A stretch of 51,692 bases of DNA from a bacterium (GTDB taxonomy: Bacteria > CLD3 > SB21), in contig JABWCP010000023.1 of the NCBI GenBank assembly GCA_013360215.1, forward strand, positions 1-51,692. Direction: 5' to 3'. Shown piece by piece: positions 9,244-18,535 of this stretch. The stretch's first letter is position 1. The number at the start of each line of letters is the position of its first letter. The translations under genes were made by a program, and so were the position numbers. Below the pieces are notes generated by a model that saw only the letters and a list, made by a program, of their open reading frames with translations, searched no databases and was not told the DNA's origin.

Positions 9244-10878
9244 ATGACACACATTCCGCACAGCGGCGATATTACCATCATCGAATACGATCTGACGCCT
9301 AAAGCGGCTTCACGTAAAAAGCCTGCGCAAACCGGTGATGTATCCATCGAAGGATTGATCACCGAAAACGTGATGGCGGAAGACGTACGCAGCGAAACTG
9401 AATTTAAAAAGAAAAAAAAGACGCGAAAAAAAAGTTCGGCTAAAAATGCAGATGATACTAATGCCGGCATCGAACTTGAAAAAATTGTTTATTCCAGCGA
9501 ACACCTGACGACGATCGTCGATCACTTGACTGACCTCGCAACGGAGATCGAACATCAACGTTTACCGGATACACGCTCACCGGAGGTAACAACCCGTTGC
9601 TTTCAACTGCGTTCATGCCCGGACCATGATTGCGTAGCCTATCAGGCTTCGCATGCCCGCTGCTGGTATATCGCGGGTGAAATGTGCGGTTGCCGCACTC
9701 ATCTGGGATTGCCGTCATGCTTCGAATGCCAGGTTTTTCAGGCGGCCGCAACCGAACCGCTGGCAAGGATGCGTGAAACTTATCTGTATGTGCTCGGCAT
9801 GTTACGTCGCCGCAATGAAAAATTACGCACCATGCAGCGCGAGTCGGACTTGCTCAAAGAACGCATCAATCAGGTTCGGCGTATTCAAAGCAGTGAACAA
9901 CTGTCGGAATTGGATGAGGTGTTTTTTGAACAAAGGCTGGTTGATGAGTTGGTTAAATTCTCGCGGCGCACGGACGAGTTTGAAACGGAACGGGATAAAA
10001 AACTATTTGAACAGCATAAAATACTCACGGAACAATTAGGCAGCGCCTATCTGCAATTGCAATCTGTGACGTCCGAGTTGGAGCGATCCAATAAACAATT
10101 GGAAGATAAAGTAACGGAGCGTACGGACGATCTCCGTAAGAGCAACATGGCTTTGCGCGAAGCCGTCAAACATTCGCAGGAAGCCGATCGTTTGAAATCG
10201 GAATTTATTGCTAATGTGAGCCACGAATTGCGTACACCTCTTAATTCGATTATCGGTTTTTCCAAGTTAATCATGGCCGGTGTTGACGGGCCGATAACGG
10301 AACGCCAGGGTACCGATTTGAATGCTATTTATAACAGCGGTAAACATTTACTGGAGATTATCAATAGCATCCTTGAGCTTTCCAAAATCGAGGCCGGTCG
10401 TACGGATCTGGATATCAAGTCGTTTACGCTGGAACCTATGGTGGATGAAATTATTGCCGCTACGCAATCACTGCTGGTCGGGCGTCCGCTGAAACTTGAG
10501 AAAAATATTGAATCGTCGTTGCCGGAAATCGAAGCCGATATGACGAAGATACGTCAGGTGATCTATAATCTGGTTTCTAATGCGGTTAAATTTACTGAAG
10601 AGGGGGCCATACTGATCAGCGCGGCTCGCGATGGCGACTGGATCATTGTACGCATCACAGATACCGGCATCGGCATTGATAAAGAACATATCCAATCTAT
10701 TTTCGAGCGATTTCGTCAGGTAGACGGTTCAACCACGCGCAAAGCGGGCGGAACGGGTTTGGGGCTGAATATTGCTAAAAAATTTATCGAATTGCATCGC
10801 GGTCAGATGCATGTCGAAAGTCGCCCGGGCGAAGGCAGTACGTTTTCGTTTAAAATACCGATAAAACACACAATCTGA
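9244..10878 (+). CDS. Soluble sensor histidine kinase with an N-terminal 8-Cys domain
   Basis: H-box SHELRTPLNSIIGF, N-box NLVSNAVKFT, G1 DTGIGI, G2 GGTGLGL. No transmembrane segment. Cys cluster at 9598-9738. Confidence 0.93.
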   Translation: MTHIPHSGDITIIEYDLTPKAASRKKPAQTGDVSIEGLITENVMAEDVRSETEFKKKKKTRKKSSAKNADDTNAGIELEKIVYSSEHLTTIVDHLTDLATEIEHQRLPDTRSPEVTTRCFQLRSCPDHDCVAYQASHARCWYIAGEMCGCRTHLGLPSCFECQVFQAAATEPLARMRETYLYVLGMLRRRNEKLRTMQRESDLLKERINQVRRIQSSEQLSELDEVFFEQRLVDELVKFSRRTDEFETERDKKLFEQHKILTEQLGSAYLQLQSVTSELERSNKQLEDKVTERTDDLRKSNMALREAVKHSQEADRLKSEFIANVSHELRTPLNSIIGFSKLIMAGVDGPITERQGTDLNAIYNSGKHLLEIINSILELSKIEAGRTDLDIKSFTLEPMVDEIIAATQSLLVGRPLKLEKNIESSLPEIEADMTKIRQVIYNLVSNAVKFTEEGAILISAARDGDWIIVRITDTGIGIDKEHIQSIFERFRQVDGSTTRKAGGTGLGLNIAKKFIELHRGQMHVESRPGEGSTFSFKIPIKHTI

Positions 10879-10881
10879 CAT

Positions 10882-11265
10882 ATGAGCGGTAAACCCAAAA
10901 GCATTTTATACATCGAAGACAACGAACTCAATCGTTTACTGGTGCGCAGGTTACTCGAACATGCAGGGTTTGAAGTTTTCGAAGCCGGTGATGGGGCCAA
11001 AGGTGTCAAAGCAGCGGAGGAATTGAAACCCGATCTGATTTTGATGGATATTAATTTGCCGATCATGGACGGATTTGAAGCCACACGCCAAATTAAATCT
11101 AATCCTGAATTAAAACATATTCCTATCATAGCTATTACGTCCAACGCCATGCAAGGCGATCGTGAACGCACATTGGCTGCAGGTTGTGACGCGTACATTC
11201 GTAAACCGATCGATCCGGACGCTTTTCCCGGGCAAATTGCGCATTTTATCGAAGTTTTTTCCTGA
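10882..11265 (+). CDS. Single-domain response regulator (CheY/DivK-like)
   Basis: YIEDN, DLILMDINLP, AITS and RKP receiver motifs; starts 3 nt after the kinase. Confidence 0.93.
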   Translation: MSGKPKSILYIEDNELNRLLVRRLLEHAGFEVFEAGDGAKGVKAAEELKPDLILMDINLPIMDGFEATRQIKSNPELKHIPIIAITSNAMQGDRERTLAAGCDAYIRKPIDPDAFPGQIAHFIEVFS

Positions 11266-11307
11266 TTGCTCTTGCGCACGTGCGCCTTTTTTTTATATTT
11301 AAAAAAT

Positions 11308-13416
11308 ATGCCAAAAACATTTTATACCTACACGTTGATGTGGGTGAGCCTTGTGTCGGGGTTTACCTTTTTCTCTGCATGCGAAAAACCCGTTGAGCCT
11401 CAATTTACTTCCGCGTTACGATTTCCTCTGAGCAAAGACATCTACGATATTTTTGATTTGAAAAAAGATATCGAAAATGGAAAAGATTCGCTGGCCGTGG
11501 ATATTATCAGCGATTCAGTAGTGATTCGTATTTTTGACAGAGAAACCATACATGCCGGAGACGAATTGAATGTGGATCCTACATCGGATTCGGCTGACGC
11601 GGCGATCAATAATGATCTCAAGGTTCGCGATTCCGTTGATATCAATTTGCGCTTGGGCGATTTGGCACCGGGTTTTTGGTCAGGTCTGCATGGTACGAAT
11701 GCAGTTATTCCGGCTTTCAATATGCCGGGCAGTTACACTCCTACATCGCGCAATACAACGCAGTTTACTCAGTTTAAATCAGCGACGCTTTATAGCGGAA
11801 ACGTAGCTTTACGATTTACCAATAATACAAGTTGCGCAATGGACTCGCTGAACGTGGTAATATTTAATTCGACATCGCGTACACGTATCGACAGTTTTGT
11901 CATCAAAAATATTCCGGCTACTTTAGGCAGCGTATCCCAAAAAAGTATCACGTATCCTGCGCCTTCATCCAAAGTTGTACGGGATTCGGTGACGATTCGT
12001 ATAGCCGGTTATTCCAGTGGTTCGGGAAGCTCTGAACTGGTTGATTCGACCGCTGCGTTAGCCATTCACATTGTTTCTGATATCACGGCCTCATCGGTTA
12101 CCGGTAAATTTCCGTCGCAAACTATCAGTAATACGGATTCTATTGTTTCCGATAGCCAGTCGGATATAGATTCGGCATACATAGAAAGAGGCAGCATTCG
12201 ACTCAATATTCGTCCACTGGGGTTGTCCGTCAATGCGTCCGTTACTTTTACAATGTATGATTTTGTAGATAACAACGGTGTACCGTTAACGAGAAGTTTT
12301 AATATCATTGCTGGGCAAAACAGTACGCAGATACTTGACCTGAAAAATTATCGGCTTATTCCTAATTGGTCCGTTAGTAGCAGTCGTTTCGTGGATTATA
12401 GATACACGATTGTTACCGTTGCTTCTACTAATAATAATACAGTTATCTCCAACGGGAACGGTGTACGTGTCGTTGCCGTGGTTGATTCATTACATTTTTC
12501 TCGCATGCGCGGCACCTTGTCTAATGAAGATTTTACTATTTCCAATCGCAGTCAGGATGTCAATATTCGTGATTTAGACAGCATTCAGTTACGTTCTGCT
12601 TTTTTTGAAATCATCACTTCGCATCGTATTCCTTTCCCGGTCGCTATGTCAATGACGTTGACCGGCAAACGCGGAACGCGTTCGGCTTCGACGGTGATCA
12701 ATGGCAGTCTTAATAAATACACATCGGGAACTGATCCGCAACGTGATACCTTGCGTACACCGTTAGCCGAATATGATGAAGTGGCTGCGCTTCTTAATCT
12801 TGTTCCGGATTCGATTTATGTCAGCGGTGGCGCGATAGTCGGCGACAATGTGGCCAACGGAATTATTACCAAACAAGACTCCATAGACGTGCGAATCAAT
12901 CTGAGGGCTCCGCTTGTTTTTAAACTGCCCAACGACTCCACCAAAAACCGCATACGTCCGACGCCGCATGTGTTTGATGTCGGCGAAGGTACCCGAAAAA
13001 GAATTTATTCCAATTTGGAATCCGTTCGTATCACCGGCACAATTAAAAATCATTTCCCCGTTCCGGTGTCGGTTCAATTTATTATTGATAGCACCGCCGA
13101 TGCAGCACGTTTTTATGATTCGACCAATGCTTATAAGTTGGTATATCCTTCTTCGCCTTTGATTATCGGTGCCGGTCAGGTTAATCCGTCAACCGGATTG
13201 GTTACTGCACCGACAACCACGACGCTTGATTACGCCCTCAATAAAACAGAATTTCAACGATTATTCGCGCCGGAGATAACAAAACGTTTCCGGGGTATCA
13301 AAGCCAAACTCATGCAAACGCCCGGGACAGATTTTGTAAAAGTCAGTTCGGCCGATTATGTGGATTTGGATACGGAGATCGAAATTGAAGTTCAAATCGA
13401 TGAAAATTTACAATGA
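11308..13416 (+). CDS. Large beta-rich lipoprotein with internal repeats, function unknown
   Basis: ATG at 11308 gives a signal peptide ending in lipobox FSA-C. Ser/Thr/Asp-rich. Stop overlaps the next start (ATGA). Confidence 0.8.
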   Translation: MPKTFYTYTLMWVSLVSGFTFFSACEKPVEPQFTSALRFPLSKDIYDIFDLKKDIENGKDSLAVDIISDSVVIRIFDRETIHAGDELNVDPTSDSADAAINNDLKVRDSVDINLRLGDLAPGFWSGLHGTNAVIPAFNMPGSYTPTSRNTTQFTQFKSATLYSGNVALRFTNNTSCAMDSLNVVIFNSTSRTRIDSFVIKNIPATLGSVSQKSITYPAPSSKVVRDSVTIRIAGYSSGSGSSELVDSTAALAIHIVSDITASSVTGKFPSQTISNTDSIVSDSQSDIDSAYIERGSIRLNIRPLGLSVNASVTFTMYDFVDNNGVPLTRSFNIIAGQNSTQILDLKNYRLIPNWSVSSSRFVDYRYTIVTVASTNNNTVISNGNGVRVVAVVDSLHFSRMRGTLSNEDFTISNRSQDVNIRDLDSIQLRSAFFEIITSHRIPFPVAMSMTLTGKRGTRSASTVINGSLNKYTSGTDPQRDTLRTPLAEYDEVAALLNLVPDSIYVSGGAIVGDNVANGIITKQDSIDVRINLRAPLVFKLPNDSTKNRIRPTPHVFDVGEGTRKRIYSNLESVRITGTIKNHFPVPVSVQFIIDSTADAARFYDSTNAYKLVYPSSPLIIGAGQVNPSTGLVTAPTTTTLDYALNKTEFQRLFAPEITKRFRGIKAKLMQTPGTDFVKVSSADYVDLDTEIEIEVQIDENLQ

Positions 13417-14657
13417 GAAAAATATTAATTTTAGTATATAGCTTTGTTTTCACTGCGTATGTTTATACGCAGGAAGAGGCGGATGCACGTGCGATAGGGA
13501 TGGCGTTCGCTCAGACAGCCGTTTCCGAAAATACGGATGCTTACCGATGGAATCCGGCAAACCTTGGTTTGAATTACAAACTCAAACCGAAATTAACGAT
13601 AGCGTACACCGGGTTTGGCTTTAACCATCGAAATAATATTTTTTCACGCACTGATTATAATAAATACAACGGGCGCGTTCTTTCGGAAGCCGACAAAGCG
13701 GATATTCGTGATCTTTTGAAAGGTAAGAAAGCGTTTGATTTTAACGGTTCCGGCGTCGCACGAGCACTCAGTGTGCAGTATAAAAATTATGCCGTCAATT
13801 TTGAAGCGGGTGGCAACGGAAATATGCAATTGCCGCGTGAAATTTTAGATGTAGTTTTTGCTAAAGATGCCTATGAAGTCGGTTCCGAAAACCTTAGCGC
13901 GCGTGGCAAGGGCGGCGGCATGGCCGCGTTGCGTACTTCGCTTTCGGCGGGTTTTCCGCTAACCGGTTTATTTGATAAACACATTCGCGAAATAGCCGTC
14001 GGCGCCACGCTTACGTATATGCGCGGAGTAAAACAAGTCACAATAAAAGATTTTCGTGCCTTTATAGCAGAGTCGGATAGTTTTATTACCGGAGCAAGAT
14101 TTCACACGCGCCAGTCTTCCGGCGGTAATGGTTTTTCCGTTAGTTTTGGAGTCAGCGCTCAGATCAACAAAGAATGGTTTGCAGGCATTAGCGTGATAGA
14201 CGTATATAGCAACATGCAGTGGGAAACACTGAATGAAAAACGTGTGGCCCAGTTTGATGTGCGCAGCGAGGATATTTTTAATGCCAAGAAAAAATCCGTA
14301 GATACGACGATTTACGGAGGACAATATTCTACCCGTTTGCCGGGAATACTTCGTGCCGGAGTCGGCTACCAACTGGATAAAGAATGGCTTTTAGCCGGCG
14401 ATATTGAGGTGATACTACATAATGCGCCTGGAAATGTGACGTCTCGTATTGCAGTCGGAGCTGAAAACCACCGCTGGCGCAAGGTTATTCTTCGCAGTGG
14501 CCTCAGTGTCGGTGGTGTCAACCAAGGTTTAGATATGGCACTCGGTGCCGGTTTTTTGATGGGAAAAACAATTCTTGATGTGGGCACGAATAATCTCGAA
14601 GGTATGATTTCTCAACGCAGCTTCTCTTTTGCATTGCAAATAAAGACCGTATTTTAA
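13413..14657 (+). CDS. Outer-membrane beta-barrel protein (DUF5723/FadL/TraF-like)
   Basis: Signal peptide; ARAIGMA...WNPANLG N-terminal motif of FadL/PorV-like barrels; amphipathic strands; C-terminal Phe. Confidence 0.75.
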   Translation: MRKILILVYSFVFTAYVYTQEEADARAIGMAFAQTAVSENTDAYRWNPANLGLNYKLKPKLTIAYTGFGFNHRNNIFSRTDYNKYNGRVLSEADKADIRDLLKGKKAFDFNGSGVARALSVQYKNYAVNFEAGGNGNMQLPREILDVVFAKDAYEVGSENLSARGKGGGMAALRTSLSAGFPLTGLFDKHIREIAVGATLTYMRGVKQVTIKDFRAFIAESDSFITGARFHTRQSSGGNGFSVSFGVSAQINKEWFAGISVIDVYSNMQWETLNEKRVAQFDVRSEDIFNAKKKSVDTTIYGGQYSTRLPGILRAGVGYQLDKEWLLAGDIEVILHNAPGNVTSRIAVGAENHRWRKVILRSGLSVGGVNQGLDMALGAGFLMGKTILDVGTNNLEGMISQRSFSFALQIKTVF

Positions 14658-14678
14658 AATCGCAAAATTCTTACGGAG

Positions 14679-15203
14679 TCATTCTTTTGGCCTAAAAGCT
14701 TTCACGGCATTGGCATGACATTCCAACTTTGGTCCCCCGATTAATTCAACACAATAAGGTACAGCGGGAAATACGGCATCTAAACATTCACGAATGGATT
14801 TGGGTTTTCCGGGAAGGTTGACGATCAACGTCTTACCGCGAATGCCGGCCGTTTGGCGTGAAAGAATGGCCGTTGGGACATACTGCAGCGATACAGCACG
14901 CATCAATTCGCCAAATCCCGGCATCATCTTATCGCACACAGCCTCCGTAGCTTCCGGCGTGACATCGCGCGGGGCAGGCCCTGTTCCGCCGGTCGTTACG
15001 ATCAAGCAACATGCCTCACGATCCGCCATATCAGCCAATTCTTTTTCGATACTTGCTCTGTCGTCCGGTATAACTTTATAAACCGGCATCCAATCGGATC
15101 GCAGATACAGGCGCAATGCTTCCATAATCGCTTTACCGGAAAGATCTTCATACACACCGGCGCTGGCACGATCGGAAGCAGTGAGAATACCTATTTTGAT
15201 CAT
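14679..15203 (-). CDS. mog: Molybdopterin adenylyltransferase
   Basis: TASDRASAGVYEDLSG, TTGGTGPAPRDVTPEAT, PGFGELMR, AILSRQTAG, NLPGKPKSI. ATG at 15203 follows GGAGA. Confidence 0.95.
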   Translation of the reverse strand: MIKIGILTASDRASAGVYEDLSGKAIMEALRLYLRSDWMPVYKVIPDDRASIEKELADMADREACCLIVTTGGTGPAPRDVTPEATEAVCDKMMPGFGELMRAVSLQYVPTAILSRQTAGIRGKTLIVNLPGKPKSIRECLDAVFPAVPYCVELIGGPKLECHANAVKAFRPKE

Positions 15204-15213
15204 ATTATCTCCC

Positions 15214-15250
15214 AAAAAAATCCCGTCAGGAAGGTAATCATGACGGGATT
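15214..15250 (-). terminator. Intrinsic terminator between the COG2403 gene and mog
   Basis: AATCCCGTCA / TGACGGGATT 10-bp stem followed by a T-run on the minus strand. Confidence 0.7.
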
Positions 15251-15274
15251 GGAAGGGTAGAAAAAAATGAAACG

Positions 15275-16603
15275 TTATAATTTCATACGTTTCACGAATT
15301 TCTGTAACAATGTATCGAGATTGGGCGTGCCGATTTCTTGCAGGTCGTATCGCACACGCACGGAAGGCTTTTTTATGGTAATAATGCGATGTAGATCAAT
15401 CGGCGTGCCGATGATCACTGTATCGCACGGGGTACGGTTGATCGTCGCTTCAAGGTCTTTGACTTGTTTGCTACCGTAGCCCATCGCGGGCAACAGGACG
15501 CCGATGTCGGGATATTTTTTGTAGGTTTCGGTGATACTCCCGGATGTGTAAGGACGCGGATCCACGATCATTCGTGCGCCGTATTTTTGTGCGGCCACCG
15601 TCCCGGCGCCAAATTTCATCTCACCATGCGTGAGCGTAGGGCCGTCTTCAACGACCAGCACGCGCTTTCCGATGATCTTCTCAGGATGTTCGACAAATAT
15701 CGGCGAAGCGGCATCCACGATCACGGCTTTGGCATTGACTTGATGAATATGGTCACGCAGCAGATTGGTGGATTTCATATCAGCCGAATCTTCTTTATTG
15801 ATGATTACAACATCGGCCATACGGAGATTGGCTTCGCTGGGATAATACAACAATTCATGCCCTGCGCGCAGCGGATCGGCTACCACGATATGCAGATCGG
15901 GTTTATAAAACGGCATGTCGTTATTACCGCCATCCCACAAAATCACATCCGCTTCTTTTTCGGCCTGACGTAAAATCGCTTCATAATCCACGCCGGCGTA
16001 AATGATTGTACCCGTTACGATGTGCGGTTCATATTCCTCAATTTCTTCGATCGTACACTTATGTTTTTTGAGATCCGCAAGCTGCGCAAAGCGTTGTACA
16101 CGTTGTTTGGCCAAATCACCATAAGGCATAGGGTGGCGAATGGCCGCTACCTTAAGTCCGAGCGATTTGAGAATCGAAGAAACACGCCGCGTGGTTTGAC
16201 TTTTTCCAGAACCTGTACGAACAGCGCAAATGGAAATCACCGGACGCTTACTGCGAATCATCGTGGGATCAGCGCCGAGGATTTTGAAATGCGCGCCCGC
16301 CGCATTGGCAATCGAGCTGCACGACATCAGATAATTGTAAGAGACATCACTGTAGGAAAAAACGACTTCGTCAATCCGGTATTTGCGTATCAATGCATCC
16401 AAATCTTTTTGCGGAAAAATCGGAATACCTTTCGGATAGAGTTTTCCCGCCAATGCCGACGGATATTTGCGTCCGTCAATATTGGGTATTTGATTCGCCG
16501 TAAAAGCAATGACTTCGTATGCTTTGTTATCGCGATAGATTACATTAAAATTATGAAAATCACGGCCGGCTGCGCCCATGATTAAAGTTCGAATACGTGC
16601 CAT
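15275..16603 (-). CDS. COG2403 P-loop protein (cyclic 2,3-diphosphoglycerate synthetase-like; arginine synthetase ArcE-like)
   Basis: MGAAGRDFHNFN, AVRTGSGKSQT P-loop, RHPMPYGDL, WDGGNND, VEDGPTLTHG, LPAMGY. Confidence 0.85.
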   Translation of the reverse strand: MARIRTLIMGAAGRDFHNFNVIYRDNKAYEVIAFTANQIPNIDGRKYPSALAGKLYPKGIPIFPQKDLDALIRKYRIDEVVFSYSDVSYNYLMSCSSIANAAGAHFKILGADPTMIRSKRPVISICAVRTGSGKSQTTRRVSSILKSLGLKVAAIRHPMPYGDLAKQRVQRFAQLADLKKHKCTIEEIEEYEPHIVTGTIIYAGVDYEAILRQAEKEADVILWDGGNNDMPFYKPDLHIVVADPLRAGHELLYYPSEANLRMADVVIINKEDSADMKSTNLLRDHIHQVNAKAVIVDAASPIFVEHPEKIIGKRVLVVEDGPTLTHGEMKFGAGTVAAQKYGARMIVDPRPYTSGSITETYKKYPDIGVLLPAMGYGSKQVKDLEATINRTPCDTVIIGTPIDLHRIITIKKPSVRVRYDLQEIGTPNLDTLLQKFVKRMKL

Positions 16604-16704
16604 AAAAGAACCTCCGAGTTTACAACGTTATAACGTACAATAGGAAAATGCACACGGGTATGATCTCAGTCATGCAGAGATATGAGTAAACAATCCCTAA
16701 ATGC

Positions 16705-16733
16705 TTGATTCATTATATTTGGCAGTCTATCTT
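16705..16733 (+). promoter_or_regulatory. Putative sigma70 promoter
   Basis: TTGATT (16705-16710), 17-bp spacer, TATCTT (16728-16733), upstream of the ORF at 16758. Confidence 0.5.
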
Positions 16734-16757
16734 AAATAAATATGCTTAGGATATCGA

Positions 16758-17327
16758 ATGAAGAAATTTATCAAAGAAAATTGGGGGCGCTTTGTTTTTG
16801 AATTAATTACGATCATTGCGGGTGTTCTCATTGCATTAGCCGTAAATGAGGTAAGGCAAAATTATGCCCAACAAGAATTGGCCGAAACAGCGTTGAAAAG
16901 TATCGTCGCAGAAATCGAATCGAATAAAAAGTTTATCGAACAGCGATTGCCCTATCATCGTCGCATGGTGCATATATTGGATTCATTAGCATTAAAAAAT
17001 GCCGATCGCCCGTTTCGCGATGTAGAGCGTTTGTCGGAGTGGCGCGGTATACAACCACCGATACTCAGCGATGCCGCATGGCAAACAGCGATTCAGTCCG
17101 GCGCTTTGGCTAAATCCGATTTTGAGAAGGTGACGCAAATTGCAAAATTATACTCGTTTCAGAATGCGTATATCCGCTGGGGCGATAATTATATAGCCGC
17201 AGTTATCGGGGGTGATCTCGCGTCCGTGGAACAGTATAAAAATCTTTTTTATGAAATGGGGACTACCGGCGGGGAACTTGTACTTTTTTATGCGTCAATT
17301 TTAAATGCTATACAAACAAATAAATGA
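16758..17327 (+). CDS. Hypothetical helical protein with N-terminal membrane anchor
   Basis: ELITIIAGVLIALAVNE anchor then a coiled coil; LSDAAWQTAIQSG segment. Confidence 0.75.
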   Translation: MKKFIKENWGRFVFELITIIAGVLIALAVNEVRQNYAQQELAETALKSIVAEIESNKKFIEQRLPYHRRMVHILDSLALKNADRPFRDVERLSEWRGIQPPILSDAAWQTAIQSGALAKSDFEKVTQIAKLYSFQNAYIRWGDNYIAAVIGGDLASVEQYKNLFYEMGTTGGELVLFYASILNAIQTNK

Positions 17328-17330
17328 TCG

Positions 17331-17693
17331 TTATTTCAATGTAAAAAAACGCAGGCAATTTTGGTCGGTGTCTTTTACATACATTTCACGCGTACCCCAT
17401 GTCTGATCCGTCGGTTGTAAATCGAGGGACACGTTTTTTTGTAAAAACTCATCGTACAAACGATCTACGTTTTCGACTAAGATATTCACCACACCGCCGA
17501 ACTTCCCGTCTCCCGAAAAAGACGACAGATGCAAGACTACGTTATCACGCCAAACGACCATGTAACAGGGGTTTTCCATATCCTCTCGTGCACGGGTAGA
17601 AGTGTACATTTCAAAGCCAAGCACGCCGCAATAAAACGCTTCCGCCTGTCGTACGTCGCTTACATGCAGCAGAGGTATAGCCTGTTTCAGCAT
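17331..17693 (-). CDS. Glyoxalase / bleomycin-resistance (VOC) family protein
   Basis: PLLHVSDVRQAEAFYCGVLGF and DQTWGTREMYVKDTDQNCLRF. Confidence 0.88.
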   Translation of the reverse strand: MLKQAIPLLHVSDVRQAEAFYCGVLGFEMYTSTRAREDMENPCYMVVWRDNVVLHLSSFSGDGKFGGVVNILVENVDRLYDEFLQKNVSLDLQPTDQTWGTREMYVKDTDQNCLRFFTLK

Positions 17694-17695
17694 AT

Positions 17696-18052
17696 TTATT
17701 TTTCTTTCAATGCATGCTTCAAACCGTCAACGGCTATCTTTGTATTACCTACAAATATCTGATCGTTTATAACGGCAACCGGGCGTTTGAGAAACGTGTA
17801 TTCTTTGAGAATCAGATCGCGCATTTCTTTTTCCGTCAGTTCTTTTTCATGCAAATTCCATGCTCTGAATTTCATGGAACGTTTGCTGAATAATGCTTCG
17901 TAGGAACCGGCCAGTTTTTTCATAGCATCCAATTGATCCGGCGTGATGGTTTCTTCTTTTATATTTTGTAGTACTACATCTTTACCGGGTTTGACCGTTT
18001 TGAGAATTTTTTGGCAAGTGCTGCACGATGCCAAATAAAAAATACGTTTCAT
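17696..18052 (-). CDS. ArsC/Spx-like thioredoxin-fold protein
   Basis: CSTC motif near the N-terminus; YTFLKRPV. Confidence 0.88.
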   Translation of the reverse strand: MKRIFYLASCSTCQKILKTVKPGKDVVLQNIKEETITPDQLDAMKKLAGSYEALFSKRSMKFRAWNLHEKELTEKEMRDLILKEYTFLKRPVAVINDQIFVGNTKIAVDGLKHALKEK

Positions 18053-18067
18053 GGTGTGGTTGTTATT

Positions 18068-18526
18068 TTAGTTTTTGGTAATGCGTGCGTAGTAATAGTC
18101 TATTTGTCTCCAAGCGCCGCGGGAAGGGCCTTCGATATAGGCATGCAGCGAATCGGCCGATGTATGATGATAAGTGATGCGTTGCGGAAAGTCATTGGTG
18201 AAATTTTCAAAAACAGCTTTGTTGTCAGTTAACTGTACGAGCATAAAAGCCGTTAATGCCTGACCTTTGGGTTTGACATGATAACATAAAGTATCGTTGA
18301 CGATTTCGAGGCGTACATCTTCGTACGTTATCGTATCGTTGTTTTTCAGCGTAACATTGTGTGCCGTAAAAAGCTGGGGTGCGGCGTGTGACCAGTTTTC
18401 GATAAATGTCATCGATCCTTTGGTGTATTGCCACGCGCCGAGCAGCCAATGCAATGCTTCGTATTCTGAACGGTGGTCACGTATGGGAACGAAAAGTAGT
18501 AAAACCAACATGATTAACTTGTACAT
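18068..18526 (-). CDS. Exported DUF6265-like protein
   Basis: Signal peptide, LHWLLGAW, FENFTNDFPQRITY. Confidence 0.75.
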   Translation of the reverse strand: MYKLIMLVLLLFVPIRDHRSEYEALHWLLGAWQYTKGSMTFIENWSHAAPQLFTAHNVTLKNNDTITYEDVRLEIVNDTLCYHVKPKGQALTAFMLVQLTDNKAVFENFTNDFPQRITYHHTSADSLHAYIEGPSRGAWRQIDYYYARITKN

Positions 18527-18535
18527 ATTTTCTCC

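Noticed and set aside
15204-15274. Moco riboswitch upstream of mog
   Set aside because: Only about 70 nt of intergenic space with one hairpin plus T-run; a plain terminator explains it.
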